A stretch of 64,000 nt of DNA from a virus: positions 108,974-172,973 of the IMG/VR virus record IMGVR_UViG_3300021185_003351; one strand, written 5' to 3'. Position 1 is the stretch's first letter, and each line of letters opens with the position of its first letter. Of the stretch, positions 39,451 to 48,978 are shown one piece after another. The position numbers were made by a program, and so were the translations under genes. The notes under the pieces are model-generated. The model did not search any database. It worked only from the letters and a program-made list of their open reading frames with translations, and was not told the origin of the DNA.

Positions 39451-39983
39451 TATTACTCAAAAACATATTAAACGAACAAGTAACTCCATCAGTACCAAAT
39501 CCACGTAAACAGAAAATATTAAACACAAAAGACTCTGTTTCTAAAATAGCAAACAAGATTGATCAATTAGGCTTAGGAGCTCCTATCGCATCATTTTTAA
39601 TTCGTATTGCATCAGTTGAATCATGTTATGGATTAAATAAAAGAGCTGGTAATAATATATGGCAAGTAGATCCTATAGCTTTTAAAGACACACAAAATTT
39701 ATCATCGCATCCAGGATTAAAATCAAAATTTAAAATTTTAAAAGACAATGGAATCGATTGGCCAAAATTAACATATACTCAAATTAAATCAAAGCCATTA
39801 TTAAATGCTATAGCTGCTAGATTATATATAGGAAATATGCCAGGAGATATTCCAAAAGATTTAAAAGGTCAAGCTAATTATTGGAAGAGTAATTATAACA
39901 CATCATCTGGTGGCGGATCTACATATGAGTTTATAAAAAAGAATTCTGGAGATGGTACATCTGGATGTATCGATTACGTATAG
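39447..39983 (+). CDS. Lysozyme-like/transglycosylase-fold protein
   Basis: IASVES catalytic-Glu motif, WQVDP, AIAARLY, YWKSNYNT. Confidence 0.55.
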   Translation: MILLKNILNEQVTPSVPNPRKQKILNTKDSVSKIANKIDQLGLGAPIASFLIRIASVESCYGLNKRAGNNIWQVDPIAFKDTQNLSSHPGLKSKFKILKDNGIDWPKLTYTQIKSKPLLNAIAARLYIGNMPGDIPKDLKGQANYWKSNYNTSSGGGSTYEFIKKNSGDGTSGCIDYV

Positions 39984-39984
39984 G

Positions 39985-40013
39985 TTGTATTTTTACCAAA
40001 AAATCATTATAAT
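39985..40013 (+). promoter_or_regulatory. Class M promoter TTGTAT-N17-TATAAT
   Basis: Motif match. Confidence 0.6.
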
Positions 40014-40018
40014 ATATT

Positions 40019-40213
40019 ATGGAAGAAAATTATTTGGATAAAGTAATACTATCTTCAATAGACTCAATGAGTAAATCAAAATGGAGATGGCCTAGTGAGT
40101 GGAGTAAAGATGAGAAATTAGGATTTTTAGATGAATGCTTAATTTGGCTAGAAAAAAATGAACATTATGAAAAATGTGAAGTTATAGTAAATGAAAAAAA
40201 GAAGTTATCGTAA
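40019..40213 (+). CDS. Small protein with a UVR-like motif
   Basis: LEKNEHYEKCEVI. Confidence 0.6.
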   Translation: MEENYLDKVILSSIDSMSKSKWRWPSEWSKDEKLGFLDECLIWLEKNEHYEKCEVIVNEKKKLS

Positions 40214-40451
40214 AAAAAATAATTGTGCACTTATATTATTAGATGATGATATCAATACATTTCAACATGTAACAGATGCATTACAAGAAGTATGTGGACA
40301 CAATTACTTTCAAGCTGTACAAATAGCTCATATAGTTGATGGAGTTGGTAAATGTGAAATCTTTAAAGATAAATGTAACCTAGTAGAAGAAGTATATGAA
40401 GATTTAAAAGATTTAGGATTGATAGTTAAACTAATTAGGCAAATTGGATGA
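40191..40451 (+). CDS. clpS: ClpS-like N-degron adaptor
   Basis: LILLDDDINTFQHVTDALQEVCGH...QAVQIAHIVDGVGKC...L..LGL. Confidence 0.78.
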   Translation: MKKRSYRKKNNCALILLDDDINTFQHVTDALQEVCGHNYFQAVQIAHIVDGVGKCEIFKDKCNLVEEVYEDLKDLGLIVKLIRQIG

Positions 40452-40663
40452 AATTATTTAGAAACATACTGATAGGAATATATCATGCAAAATATCATAG
40501 AAATATGAAATTGGCAATAACGTCAAAAGATAAAAAAAATATTAAAAAATTTAAAAAATATGTTTATCGTGCTGAAGATGCATGGAGGCAAGTTGTATTA
40601 TTAACAAAAAAACCAAAAAGAAATAGTTATGGCAAAAAAAGCAACAATAGGAGATTCTCCTAA
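40448..40663 (+). CDS. Basic hypothetical protein
   Basis: Coupled ORF. Confidence 0.55.
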   Translation: MKLFRNILIGIYHAKYHRNMKLAITSKDKKNIKKFKKYVYRAEDAWRQVVLLTKKPKRNSYGKKSNNRRFS

Positions 40664-41024
40664 AGACAGATCCATGGATATAATGGACAAGTTTATTAAA
40701 AGACAAGAACGAAAAAATAAACACAAAGAATTATTACCAGGCAGAAGAAAAGCAAAAGATGTTCCAATTGATATGTGGCCGTTAAAAGATCAAATTGAAT
40801 ATTGGGAGAACCAATCTGCAGAGCAAAAATTTGATAGAAAATATTCAAGTTATATCGACTGGTTAGATACTATTAAAGAAATAACAGGTTATCCAGATAG
40901 ATCATTTATGGATATGATTTCTCCTGTAAAGCATAGAGAACGAATGAAAGAGGTATATGCCCAAAAGGTGTTGCCAAAACAAGCTTATCAAATGTTGTTA
41001 AAAGAAAATATTTTGTGGGTATAG
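40629..41024 (+). CDS. Hypothetical protein
   Basis: 131 aa ORF. Confidence 0.65.
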   Translation: MAKKATIGDSPKDRSMDIMDKFIKRQERKNKHKELLPGRRKAKDVPIDMWPLKDQIEYWENQSAEQKFDRKYSSYIDWLDTIKEITGYPDRSFMDMISPVKHRERMKEVYAQKVLPKQAYQMLLKENILWV

Positions 41025-41566
41025 ACTATAAATATGTTTATGGTCGTGGGAGATCAGCTTTAAATTTATCAGAGTCTGAAATTAGGTATGCGATGGAAAA
41101 TACCAAATCTAATTCAGAAGCTGCTAGATTCCTTAAAGTATCATTTTCCACATACAAAAAATATGCAAAACAATACACTGATTCAGAATCAGGAAAAACA
41201 CTATGGGAACTTCATAAGAATCAAGCCGGAAAAGGTATAAATAAGGACGTTACAAGAGCTACAGCTGGTCCATATGCCATAGATAGGATATTGGATGGAG
41301 ATCATCCAAATTACCCGGTTTGGAAGTTACGTAATAGAATAATAGCATTAGGTATATTACCAGAAAAATGTAACAGCTGCGGTTATGAAGAAAGAAGAAT
41401 AACAGATGATACTACTCCATTATTACTAGACCACAAAGATGGCGATGTATGCAATCATCAAATAAATAATTTACAGCTGTTATGTTTGAATTGTTATTAC
41501 ATGCAAACAGGTAATCCTTATAACAAAGACAAAGATCAATATTGGAATTATAATTTATTAGACTGA
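41015..41566 (+). CDS. HTH + HNH endonuclease-like protein
   Basis: SNSEAARFLKVSFSTYKKY HTH; CNSCG...LDHKDGDVCNHQINNLQLLCLNC. Confidence 0.8.
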   Translation: MGIDYKYVYGRGRSALNLSESEIRYAMENTKSNSEAARFLKVSFSTYKKYAKQYTDSESGKTLWELHKNQAGKGINKDVTRATAGPYAIDRILDGDHPNYPVWKLRNRIIALGILPEKCNSCGYEERRITDDTTPLLLDHKDGDVCNHQINNLQLLCLNCYYMQTGNPYNKDKDQYWNYNLLD

Positions 41567-41589
41567 TATTTATATAAAAAGAACAGATT

Positions 41590-42300
41590 ATGGCATTTCA
41601 TCATTCACCGAGAATAGTATCAGACCAACTAGTTTTTGCGTGGGATATTCCTAACAAAAAGTCATATCCTGGTTCTGGTACTTCCATAACAAATTTAATA
41701 TCTGGTTCTGAAAATCTTATAATAAATAATGCTACTATACAATCTGGTTCAGTAAATGGCAATGGATCTGTTGTAATGGATGGTGCTGGAGATTATTTAT
41801 CTTTTTCTGCAACTACTTTTGCTGATATAATAACTATTTCAATATGGCATAAAGCTAGAAGAAGTGATGGGACATCATCCGATCCGTACTCGTATGGATA
41901 TTTGTTTGCAAATAGTTCAACAGGTCAAGGATTTGCATTTAGTGAAGGCGGAACATCTGGAAATATAGATCCTGGAATGTATTATTATTATCCTGGTGTT
42001 GGCGGAGGCGGAAGTTCAACCGCAATATCAACAGCCGTTGGACAAAATAATGTATGGGGTAATGTTACAGCTGTAATTAACACAACAGCTAATCAAGTAA
42101 AATTTTATTTTAACGGAGTGTTAAATCAAACTACGTCGTTAACAATGAATAATACTAATACATATAATCAGTTAGGTAGATATCTAACTAACAATTGGTA
42201 TATAATAGGAGAGTTAGCAGCATGTTATGTTTATAACAAAGAATTATCAGCTGCAGAAGCTTTACAAAACTATAACGCATTAAAAGGGAGGTTCGAGTAA
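41590..42300 (+). CDS. LamG/concanavalin A-like domain protein (paralogue 1)
   Basis: IVSDQLVFAWD...SYPGSG...DGAGDY...FYFNG...YNKELSAAEALQNYNA. Confidence 0.85.
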   Translation: MAFHHSPRIVSDQLVFAWDIPNKKSYPGSGTSITNLISGSENLIINNATIQSGSVNGNGSVVMDGAGDYLSFSATTFADIITISIWHKARRSDGTSSDPYSYGYLFANSSTGQGFAFSEGGTSGNIDPGMYYYYPGVGGGGSSTAISTAVGQNNVWGNVTAVINTTANQVKFYFNGVLNQTTSLTMNNTNTYNQLGRYLTNNWYIIGELAACYVYNKELSAAEALQNYNALKGRFE

Positions 42301-43004
42301 TGGCAGTTAATTATTCAACAGCTCCGATAGTAACAAATGGATTAGTTTATGTATTGGATGCAGCAAATATTAAAATGTATCCTGGGTCTGGAACTACAGT
42401 AACAGATACTATTAGTGATACTTCTGGTACATTTACTGGTGCTGGATTTTATGATACTTCAACATTCGCAACTCCAGTATTTTCTTTTGATGGAAGTAAT
42501 GATTATCTAACATATACTGATAGTACTATTCCAACACTAGGATCAGCGTTAACATGCGGGTTATGGATCAAATCATCTGATTCGCAAGCTGAATTATTTT
42601 GTACATTTGAAACAGCTAATCCGTATAAAGGATTTTTATTTGGTATTGGATTTTCTGGAAATAATGGGAAATTAGATCTATACTGTTCACCAACAGATGG
42701 ATCCGGTGGATCAGCAGCTGCTGATACAGGTGTAGCTGTCAATGATAATACAATAAAATATGTTGTAGTTACTTATGATGGATCTAATGCAAGATTTTAT
42801 CATGATGGAGTATTATCATCAACAGTAAGTTTTACAAAAACAGCAGGCGCTTCAACTCAACCATTTAGAATAGGAGCTTCAAATAATTCCCCTGCTAATA
42901 GAATTTATTCAGGATTGATGGGTCCAGGACATATATACAATAGAACATTGACAGATGCAGAAGTACTTCAAAACTATAACGCAATGGCCGGGAGGTTCTC
43001 ATAA
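42300..43004 (+). CDS. LamG/concanavalin A-like domain protein (paralogue 2)
   Basis: IVTNGLVYVLDAAN...YPGSG...FDGSNDY...VTYDG...YNRTLTDAEVLQNYNA. Confidence 0.85.
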   Translation: MAVNYSTAPIVTNGLVYVLDAANIKMYPGSGTTVTDTISDTSGTFTGAGFYDTSTFATPVFSFDGSNDYLTYTDSTIPTLGSALTCGLWIKSSDSQAELFCTFETANPYKGFLFGIGFSGNNGKLDLYCSPTDGSGGSAAADTGVAVNDNTIKYVVVTYDGSNARFYHDGVLSSTVSFTKTAGASTQPFRIGASNNSPANRIYSGLMGPGHIYNRTLTDAEVLQNYNAMAGRFS

Positions 43005-43669
43005 TGGGAGTAATAGGCGGAAATGAAATAATACGTAACGGATTGATACATTATTATGATCCTGCAAATACAAGATCATATCTTAGTTCCGGTACTACTC
43101 TAACTGATTTAGCAGGTAGTGACAATGGAACAATAAGTGGCGCTACATTTGATGTTAATAACCATGGAAGTCTTTATTTTGATGGAGCAGATGATATTAT
43201 AACCTTTGGAACAGAATTAAATTTAGGTATTACACAAACAATATCATTTTGGCTAAAACAAAATAGACCAACAAATGCTGAAAGTATACTAGGAAATTCT
43301 CTCGCAAATAATTATTTATTCTATAGACAATCAGCTGGAATATATTTTAGATCTGGAACAGGATATTGGGTATTTTCTAATACAGATACATTAAACAATT
43401 TTCAGGTTACTGATTGGATTAATGTTTCTATAGTCAGAATAGCATCAAACCAGACCAGATTTTACATTAACGGAACATTAACTTCAGAAGGAACAAGAAA
43501 TATAAGTGCAGGGACAAATGGCAATACTTTACTTAAATCTATAGGAGCAGAACCAGACCTTACATATGATTTTCAAGGATATATATCAATGTTCCTTATT
43601 TATAATCGAATTTTATCAGATGCTGAAGTATTACAAAATTATAATGATACCAAATATAGATTTGTATAA
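43004..43669 (+). CDS. LamG/concanavalin A-like domain protein (paralogue 3)
   Basis: IIRNGLIHYYDPAN...FDGADD...FYING...YNRILSDAEVLQNYN. Confidence 0.85.
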   Translation: MGVIGGNEIIRNGLIHYYDPANTRSYLSSGTTLTDLAGSDNGTISGATFDVNNHGSLYFDGADDIITFGTELNLGITQTISFWLKQNRPTNAESILGNSLANNYLFYRQSAGIYFRSGTGYWVFSNTDTLNNFQVTDWINVSIVRIASNQTRFYINGTLTSEGTRNISAGTNGNTLLKSIGAEPDLTYDFQGYISMFLIYNRILSDAEVLQNYNDTKYRFV

Positions 43670-43712
43670 TTGAAAATATTTATATATAATAAAAATAAAA
43701 GGAAAACAAAAA

Positions 43713-43973
43713 ATGGATTACACAGATAGAACATATGCAATTGCAAAATGGGCAGACATAGGATCAGTAGACTTCACACAAGTAATGGAAACATCTGCAG
43801 GAACAGTAAGAAAATCATTGGATAGTGATTTATTTATATTGAAATGGTATACAGCAAATGAACCAACATTTATCGCAGATGATAGTGTTGAATTAACATG
43901 GTCAGGATCTCACTCACAATGTTTGCAACAATTGCTAGGACCTAATTGGACTGACACAGGATCAATGCCGTAA
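43713..43973 (+). CDS. Small hypothetical protein, probably tail-associated
   Basis: VDFTQVMETSAGTVRKSLD; follows the LamG genes and a class L motif. Confidence 0.6.
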   Translation: MDYTDRTYAIAKWADIGSVDFTQVMETSAGTVRKSLDSDLFILKWYTANEPTFIADDSVELTWSGSHSQCLQQLLGPNWTDTGSMP

Positions 43974-43979
43974 TAGGAT

Positions 43980-44606
43980 TTGCAACCTACTGCAATACAT
44001 ATACCCGGTAAGTATAGAACTATAGTTACAAAATTAAGCAATTTAATTTTAGACACTCTAATTGAAGTTCCAACTATATCTACAGAATATAATAATATTT
44101 TATTTGTAGAAGTTCGAAACTCAAATATTCCATTACATTTTTATTTTGGTTTACAAACTAGATATGGAGAAACATATGTAAATGGAGATGCATACAATCC
44201 AACCGAGTCTACTAGCAAACAAATTCCTTATATTGAAATAACTATTCAAACTGATAATAGGAAACAAGATAGAAGTTTAATAGCTATGAAGTTACGAAAT
44301 TCAATTCGACATGAGCTAGAACATTTAACTCAAAGTGGATTAAACACATTACCAGGCAAGTATTTACCAGACGATCAAACAGCTAGATCATTAGCATCAA
44401 GAAAAGATTATTTGTTGTTAGAAAAAGAAGTTCCGGCAATGTTAAAAGGATTACATTTTCAAGCAACAAAAGAACGAAAACCTTTTAATGAAATAGTTAA
44501 TAAATATTTAAATGATACATATTTATTAAAAAAAGAAATTGATGAAGTTAAATCAATTTGGATACAAAAATCTAAGGAGTTAAACCTATGGAAGAATATG
44601 ACGTAG
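43980..44606 (+). CDS. HExxH (zincin-like) hypothetical protein
   Basis: IRHELEHLTQ...EKEVPA; TTG start. Confidence 0.6.
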   Translation: MQPTAIHIPGKYRTIVTKLSNLILDTLIEVPTISTEYNNILFVEVRNSNIPLHFYFGLQTRYGETYVNGDAYNPTESTSKQIPYIEITIQTDNRKQDRSLIAMKLRNSIRHELEHLTQSGLNTLPGKYLPDDQTARSLASRKDYLLLEKEVPAMLKGLHFQATKERKPFNEIVNKYLNDTYLLKKEIDEVKSIWIQKSKELNLWKNMT

Positions 44607-44938
44607 AAAATTATCAAGATATAAAAGAATTTATACAATTCATAAAAGAATATAAAGCAGATGTAAATGAAGCTGAGTATAGAGGTAGAAAAGTTAAACT
44701 TGGAAAACCAATGCGTGGAGATGTTAAAAAGTTTAAAGTTTACGTTAAAAATCCAAAAGGAAACGTTGTTAAAGTTAATTTCGGACATGGCGGAACATCA
44801 GCAAAAAAAGCCGGACAGAAAACCATGAAGATTAGAAAAAATAATCCAGCAGCTCGTAGATCATTTAGAGCAAGGCATCGATGCGAAACACCTGGCCCTA
44901 GGCATAAAGCTAGATATTGGTCATGTAGGAAATGGTAA
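44588..44938 (+). CDS. Conserved basic myovirus protein (DUF6321-like)
   Basis: EAEYRGRKVKL...KVNFG...RRSFRARHRC...ARYWSCRKW. Confidence 0.75.
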   Translation: MEEYDVENYQDIKEFIQFIKEYKADVNEAEYRGRKVKLGKPMRGDVKKFKVYVKNPKGNVVKVNFGHGGTSAKKAGQKTMKIRKNNPAARRSFRARHRCETPGPRHKARYWSCRKW

Positions 44939-45175
44939 ATGAAATTAAAAGACTGCTTACCATCCAATAAGCAACCAGCTAAGTATATAGACACGCCAGA
45001 TGGAAGTGTTAAGATTTGCGAATCTGGACCTTTACCAAAAACAGATTTTATAGTAGGACCATACACAGACGCAAAAGCATCTGATAAGATTCCTGGATGG
45101 AATAAGGCAAAATATTATAAAGAATACATAACAAGACTGTTACCAGAGTCAATGATAAAGAAAGAGTTACCATGA
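44939..45175 (+). CDS. Hypothetical protein
   Basis: Coupled ORF. Confidence 0.55.
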   Translation: MKLKDCLPSNKQPAKYIDTPDGSVKICESGPLPKTDFIVGPYTDAKASDKIPGWNKAKYYKEYITRLLPESMIKKELP

Positions 45176-45324
45176 GTAAATTAGAAGACCTACTTTGGAG
45201 TGCTGAAGAGTATGGCAAAAGACCCCAAATGTTCAAAGAAATACATAAAATACGAACTGCAAATCCTGAACTTACGCTAGAACAACAATATGAACAAGCA
45301 TATCAAAAAGTAATGAAAACATAG
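45172..45324 (+). CDS. Small hypothetical protein (50 aa, MSKLEDLLWSAEEYG...), not in the ORF track
   Basis: ATGA overlap; ends just before the next promoter. Confidence 0.6.
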   Translation: MSKLEDLLWSAEEYGKRPQMFKEIHKIRTANPELTLEQQYEQAYQKVMKT

Positions 45325-45333
45325 AATATTTGG

Positions 45334-45362
45334 TTGGATAATATAATTTTATTTCTTATTAT
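45334..45362 (+). promoter_or_regulatory. Class M promoter TTGGAT-N17-TATTAT
   Basis: Motif match. Confidence 0.75.
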
Positions 45363-45380
45363 ATATAAAAAAATAAAGTT

Positions 45381-46523
45381 ATGAAAGACGAAATATTTGG
45401 TTCCGTTACCACAGAAGACGGTGAGTTTATAAAAGTAGTTAGTATGGATGGCAATGACATCACGCATCTATTCAGAGATGATATGATTAAGATTGCTTAT
45501 AAAGAAGGCCAAGGCCTCAAATATAATTCAACAACAGGTAGAAGTAAAAGAATTGATTTAGACGAAGTGCCAGCACCAGCACCGCCTAAACAAGAAAAAG
45601 AAATAGTCAACGACGATCCGGTATTAGCATTTATTACCAATGCTCCTTCTATTAAGCCTGATCATTTAGAAATTACAGACATTAAATGGAAGTATCTAAT
45701 TAGATCAGCAGTTAGAGGTAAGAATATCATGATGGTAGGTCCTGCAGGATCTGGTAAGACAGAAGCAGCAAAAGCATTGCCTACGGCAACTAATAGACCA
45801 TTCTTTTATTTTAACTTAGGAGCAACTCAAGATCCTAGATCAACATTAATTGGTAATACGCATTTTAAGAACAACGAGACACTGTTTGATGAATCAGCAT
45901 TCATAAAGGCTATTAAGACAGAAAATGCTGTAATTCTTTTAGATGAGCTGTCTAGAGCACATCCTGAAGCTTGGAATATATTAATGACTGTATTAGATGA
46001 AGGCCAAAGATATTTGAGATTAGACGAAAATATTGATGCACCATTAGTAAATGTAGCTTCAGGAGTGTCTTTTATAGCTACGGCAAATATTGGAACAGAA
46101 TATACATCTACTAGAGTATTAGATAGAGCATTATTAGATAGGTTCGAAGTTATTGAAGTAGATATATTATCTAAAGAAAGAGAGCATGTTCTTTTAAGTA
46201 AAAGATTTGGCAACAAAGTTGAGGATTCATTATTAGAATCAGTAGCAGATATTGCAGATGTAACTAGAAAAGAATGGAAGTCTGATGAAGGAAAGCTTAG
46301 CACAATGATATCGACACGTATGACAGTTAGAATATGTGAGTTATTAGCAGATGGATTTACATTAGAAGAAGCTTCTGAAGTAGGTATATTACCATTCTTT
46401 GATGCATCTGGCGGAGGAGACTCTGAAAGATTGTTTGTTAAGCAAGTTATTCAGAAACATTTAGGTACCGCAGAAGAAGATATCTTTAATGTTGGAGAAG
46501 AAAAAGTAGAAGCCGAATATTAA
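45381..46523 (+). CDS. MoxR-type AAA+ ATPase (CbbQ/NirQ/CobS-like)
   Basis: GPAGSGKT, LLDELSRA, IATAN, LDRALLDRF, STR. Confidence 0.9.
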   Translation: MKDEIFGSVTTEDGEFIKVVSMDGNDITHLFRDDMIKIAYKEGQGLKYNSTTGRSKRIDLDEVPAPAPPKQEKEIVNDDPVLAFITNAPSIKPDHLEITDIKWKYLIRSAVRGKNIMMVGPAGSGKTEAAKALPTATNRPFFYFNLGATQDPRSTLIGNTHFKNNETLFDESAFIKAIKTENAVILLDELSRAHPEAWNILMTVLDEGQRYLRLDENIDAPLVNVASGVSFIATANIGTEYTSTRVLDRALLDRFEVIEVDILSKEREHVLLSKRFGNKVEDSLLESVADIADVTRKEWKSDEGKLSTMISTRMTVRICELLADGFTLEEASEVGILPFFDASGGGDSERLFVKQVIQKHLGTAEEDIFNVGEEKVEAEY

Positions 46524-46563
46524 AATATTGCAGCTATGCATTAAATAGCATCTTTCATATCTT

Positions 46564-46601
46564 AAAGGGAGTTAGACATGCGTAGGCATTAGCTCCCTTT
46601 T
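46564..46601 (+). terminator. Hairpin with T-tract, probable intrinsic terminator
   Basis: AAAGGGAGTTA...TAGCTCCCTTTT stem with inner ATGC-GTAG-GCAT hairpin. Confidence 0.65.
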
Positions 46602-46609
46602 AAAGTATT

Positions 46610-46959
46610 GTTGGGTTCTTTGACATAAATAAGAAAGGAAGCATATGGAAACAAATATGTTAATAGGAATCCTTATCGGATCCAGTGCTGTAGCTTTATT
46701 GGCATTTTTTGCTTATAGGGTAAAGACATCTTTTGATAGGGTGAATAGAAATCACGAAGATCTAAACTCAGATGTATTTAGTAGTTTAGAACAATTGAAA
46801 AATCAAGTTGATCAAATGATAGATAACATTGATAGATCATTAAACGATAGAATCGATGATGTACATAGAACAATGGATTCTAGATTTGATAAAACAGAAT
46901 CAAGAATAATATCACAAGTACAAAAGAAAAATAAATAAATAATCTTCAAAGAACCCAAC
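46610..46959. repeat. Perfect 14-bp inverted repeat (46610-46623 / 46946-46959) enclosing ORF 46645-46938
   Basis: GTTGGGTTCTTTGA ... TCAAAGAACCCAAC, followed by T6. Confidence 0.9.
46645..46938 (+). CDS. Membrane-anchored coiled-coil protein
   Basis: N-terminal TM helix, D/R-rich heptad repeats. Confidence 0.75.
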   Translation: METNMLIGILIGSSAVALLAFFAYRVKTSFDRVNRNHEDLNSDVFSSLEQLKNQVDQMIDNIDRSLNDRIDDVHRTMDSRFDKTESRIISQVQKKNK

Positions 46960-46966
46960 TTTTTTC

Positions 46967-46995
46967 TTGGATAAATGAATTAGTTTTCTTATTAT
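46967..46995 (+). promoter_or_regulatory. Class M promoter TTGGAT-N17-TATTAT
   Basis: Motif match. Confidence 0.75.
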
Positions 46996-47012
46996 ATATA
47001 AAAGAGATATTT

Positions 47013-48977
47013 ATGAAAAAGATACGCATTAGAAAGGCATTAGCCAATCCAGTTAAGACATATGAAGAGTCGGCATCTAGTTATTGGTTTGATGATATTG
47101 ATACTGATTTTACTTATGAAGTCAACAACAAGAAACAAGTTGATTACACTAAGTTAGCTTCTGCTCAACGAGCCATTGGCAATTTTGTTAGCATTGTTAC
47201 AGGTAAACAAATTCCAGTTCATTTTCAAAATAATGATCAAAGTTATACAGATGGTCGATCTGTTACTATAGGATCTAAAATAGAAGATAATAACTTTGAT
47301 GCAACTGTAGGACTAGCATTACATGAAGGCTCTCATATAGCATTAACTAATTTCAAATTATTAGATGGATGTTATATTGGAAGTAGCTTTCATAGTTATA
47401 TTGCTATGAGAGGTGGAGACCCGGATATGAATATGGTTGAGTCTGATATAATGCAAGTAAAAGATTTATTTAATTGGATAGAAGACAGAAGAATTGATTA
47501 TCATGTATATACAAATGCACCAGGATATAGAAAATATTATGAGTCAATGTACGAAAAGTATTTTAATTCTGCTATTGTTGATAAAGCATTACAATCAGAA
47601 GAAAAGACAGATGAAGATTGGGATTCATATATGTTTAGGATTATTAACTTAACTAACCCTAATAGAAAAATAGATGCATTAGAAGTATTGCCAATTGTAT
47701 GGAAAACAATCGATTTGAAAAATATCAAGAGACTTAAAACTTCAGAAGATGCATTGAATATAGCAATTGAAGTTTATAAAATAGTTTCTAAACAAGTTAA
47801 AGGATCTGCTTCAAAACAGCAACAAGATAAATCTAATAAGACGTCAAGCAAACCGCAATCAAAGACCAAGTCTATTGTTAACAGTAAGCTTTCTAATAGA
47901 CAACAAGAAAGATTAAGAAAACAAATACAAAAGCAAAAAGAATTTGTTAATGGTAAGCCTAAAAAAGTTGGGAAACTTTCAAAGAAAGACAATGCAATTG
48001 TTAAAAGCTTAAAAGAGTCTGGTACTGAAAGTAATCCGGTTAATACAGGTAAGTTTGGCTCTCATATGTATAATGTAGATGCAATTGTTATCAAAAAAAT
48101 GACTCACTCAGTTATGTGTCATATGGAATCTATATTTGATTCGAGAGGATTAAAAGAAAATAGAGAACCTAAAAGTTGGTATGGTCCTGGTGACGGAATA
48201 CAGAAAGGTATTATATTAGGCAAACAATTGGGAAAGAAATTGCAATTGAGAAATGAAGAGAAGTCATTGAAGTCTACAAGATTAAATACAGGCAAAATTG
48301 ATAGAAGATTGATATCCCAATTAGGATTCCAAAATGCTAATGTGTTTCATAGAATTGTAACCGATAGATATAAAAATTTCTTTATACATATTTCAATTGA
48401 TGCCTCCGGGTCAATGGGCGGCAGAAGATTTCGAAACGCTATTAAGTCCGCAGTAGCAATTGCTCAAGCAGCATCTATGACAACAGGCATTAGAGTTCAA
48501 ATATCTTTGAGAGGCACAAGTAATTTAGAAGGTAATTCAGAAAAAACAGTTACAGTGTATACATATGATAGCGCAGTAGATAAAATGTCTAAGATAAAAA
48601 AATATTTTCCATATCTGCAAACATTTGGATGTACACCAGAAGGGCTATCTTTTAAAAGTATTCTTCCATATATCAAAGCTGATGCTAAAGGAGATGAGTG
48701 TATATTTATTAACTATTCAGATGGAGCTCCTAGTTCAGTAACCGGATGTGCGTATACATATAATGGAATTGACTTTACTAGAAAAGTTATTAATGAAATG
48801 AAAGAAATAGGTATTAATGTGTTATCATATTTTATTGATGGACGATCGGAAGGTTGGTGTGCAGATGCATTTAGAAGAATGTATGGCAATAATGCAGAAT
48901 TCATAGATACCAGTAACCTTACTCAAATTTCAAAGTCAATTAATAAGAAGTTTTTAGAAATATCAGAAACAATATAA
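47013..48977 (+). CDS. vWA (MIDAS) protein with N-terminal HExxH domain (CobT-like MoxR partner)
   Basis: YTDG, ALHEGSH, NWIEDRRID; IDASGSM, TPE, YSDGAP. Confidence 0.87.
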   Translation: MKKIRIRKALANPVKTYEESASSYWFDDIDTDFTYEVNNKKQVDYTKLASAQRAIGNFVSIVTGKQIPVHFQNNDQSYTDGRSVTIGSKIEDNNFDATVGLALHEGSHIALTNFKLLDGCYIGSSFHSYIAMRGGDPDMNMVESDIMQVKDLFNWIEDRRIDYHVYTNAPGYRKYYESMYEKYFNSAIVDKALQSEEKTDEDWDSYMFRIINLTNPNRKIDALEVLPIVWKTIDLKNIKRLKTSEDALNIAIEVYKIVSKQVKGSASKQQQDKSNKTSSKPQSKTKSIVNSKLSNRQQERLRKQIQKQKEFVNGKPKKVGKLSKKDNAIVKSLKESGTESNPVNTGKFGSHMYNVDAIVIKKMTHSVMCHMESIFDSRGLKENREPKSWYGPGDGIQKGIILGKQLGKKLQLRNEEKSLKSTRLNTGKIDRRLISQLGFQNANVFHRIVTDRYKNFFIHISIDASGSMGGRRFRNAIKSAVAIAQAASMTTGIRVQISLRGTSNLEGNSEKTVTVYTYDSAVDKMSKIKKYFPYLQTFGCTPEGLSFKSILPYIKADAKGDECIFINYSDGAPSSVTGCAYTYNGIDFTRKVINEMKEIGINVLSYFIDGRSEGWCADAFRRMYGNNAEFIDTSNLTQISKSINKKFLEISETI

Positions 48978-48978
48978 A

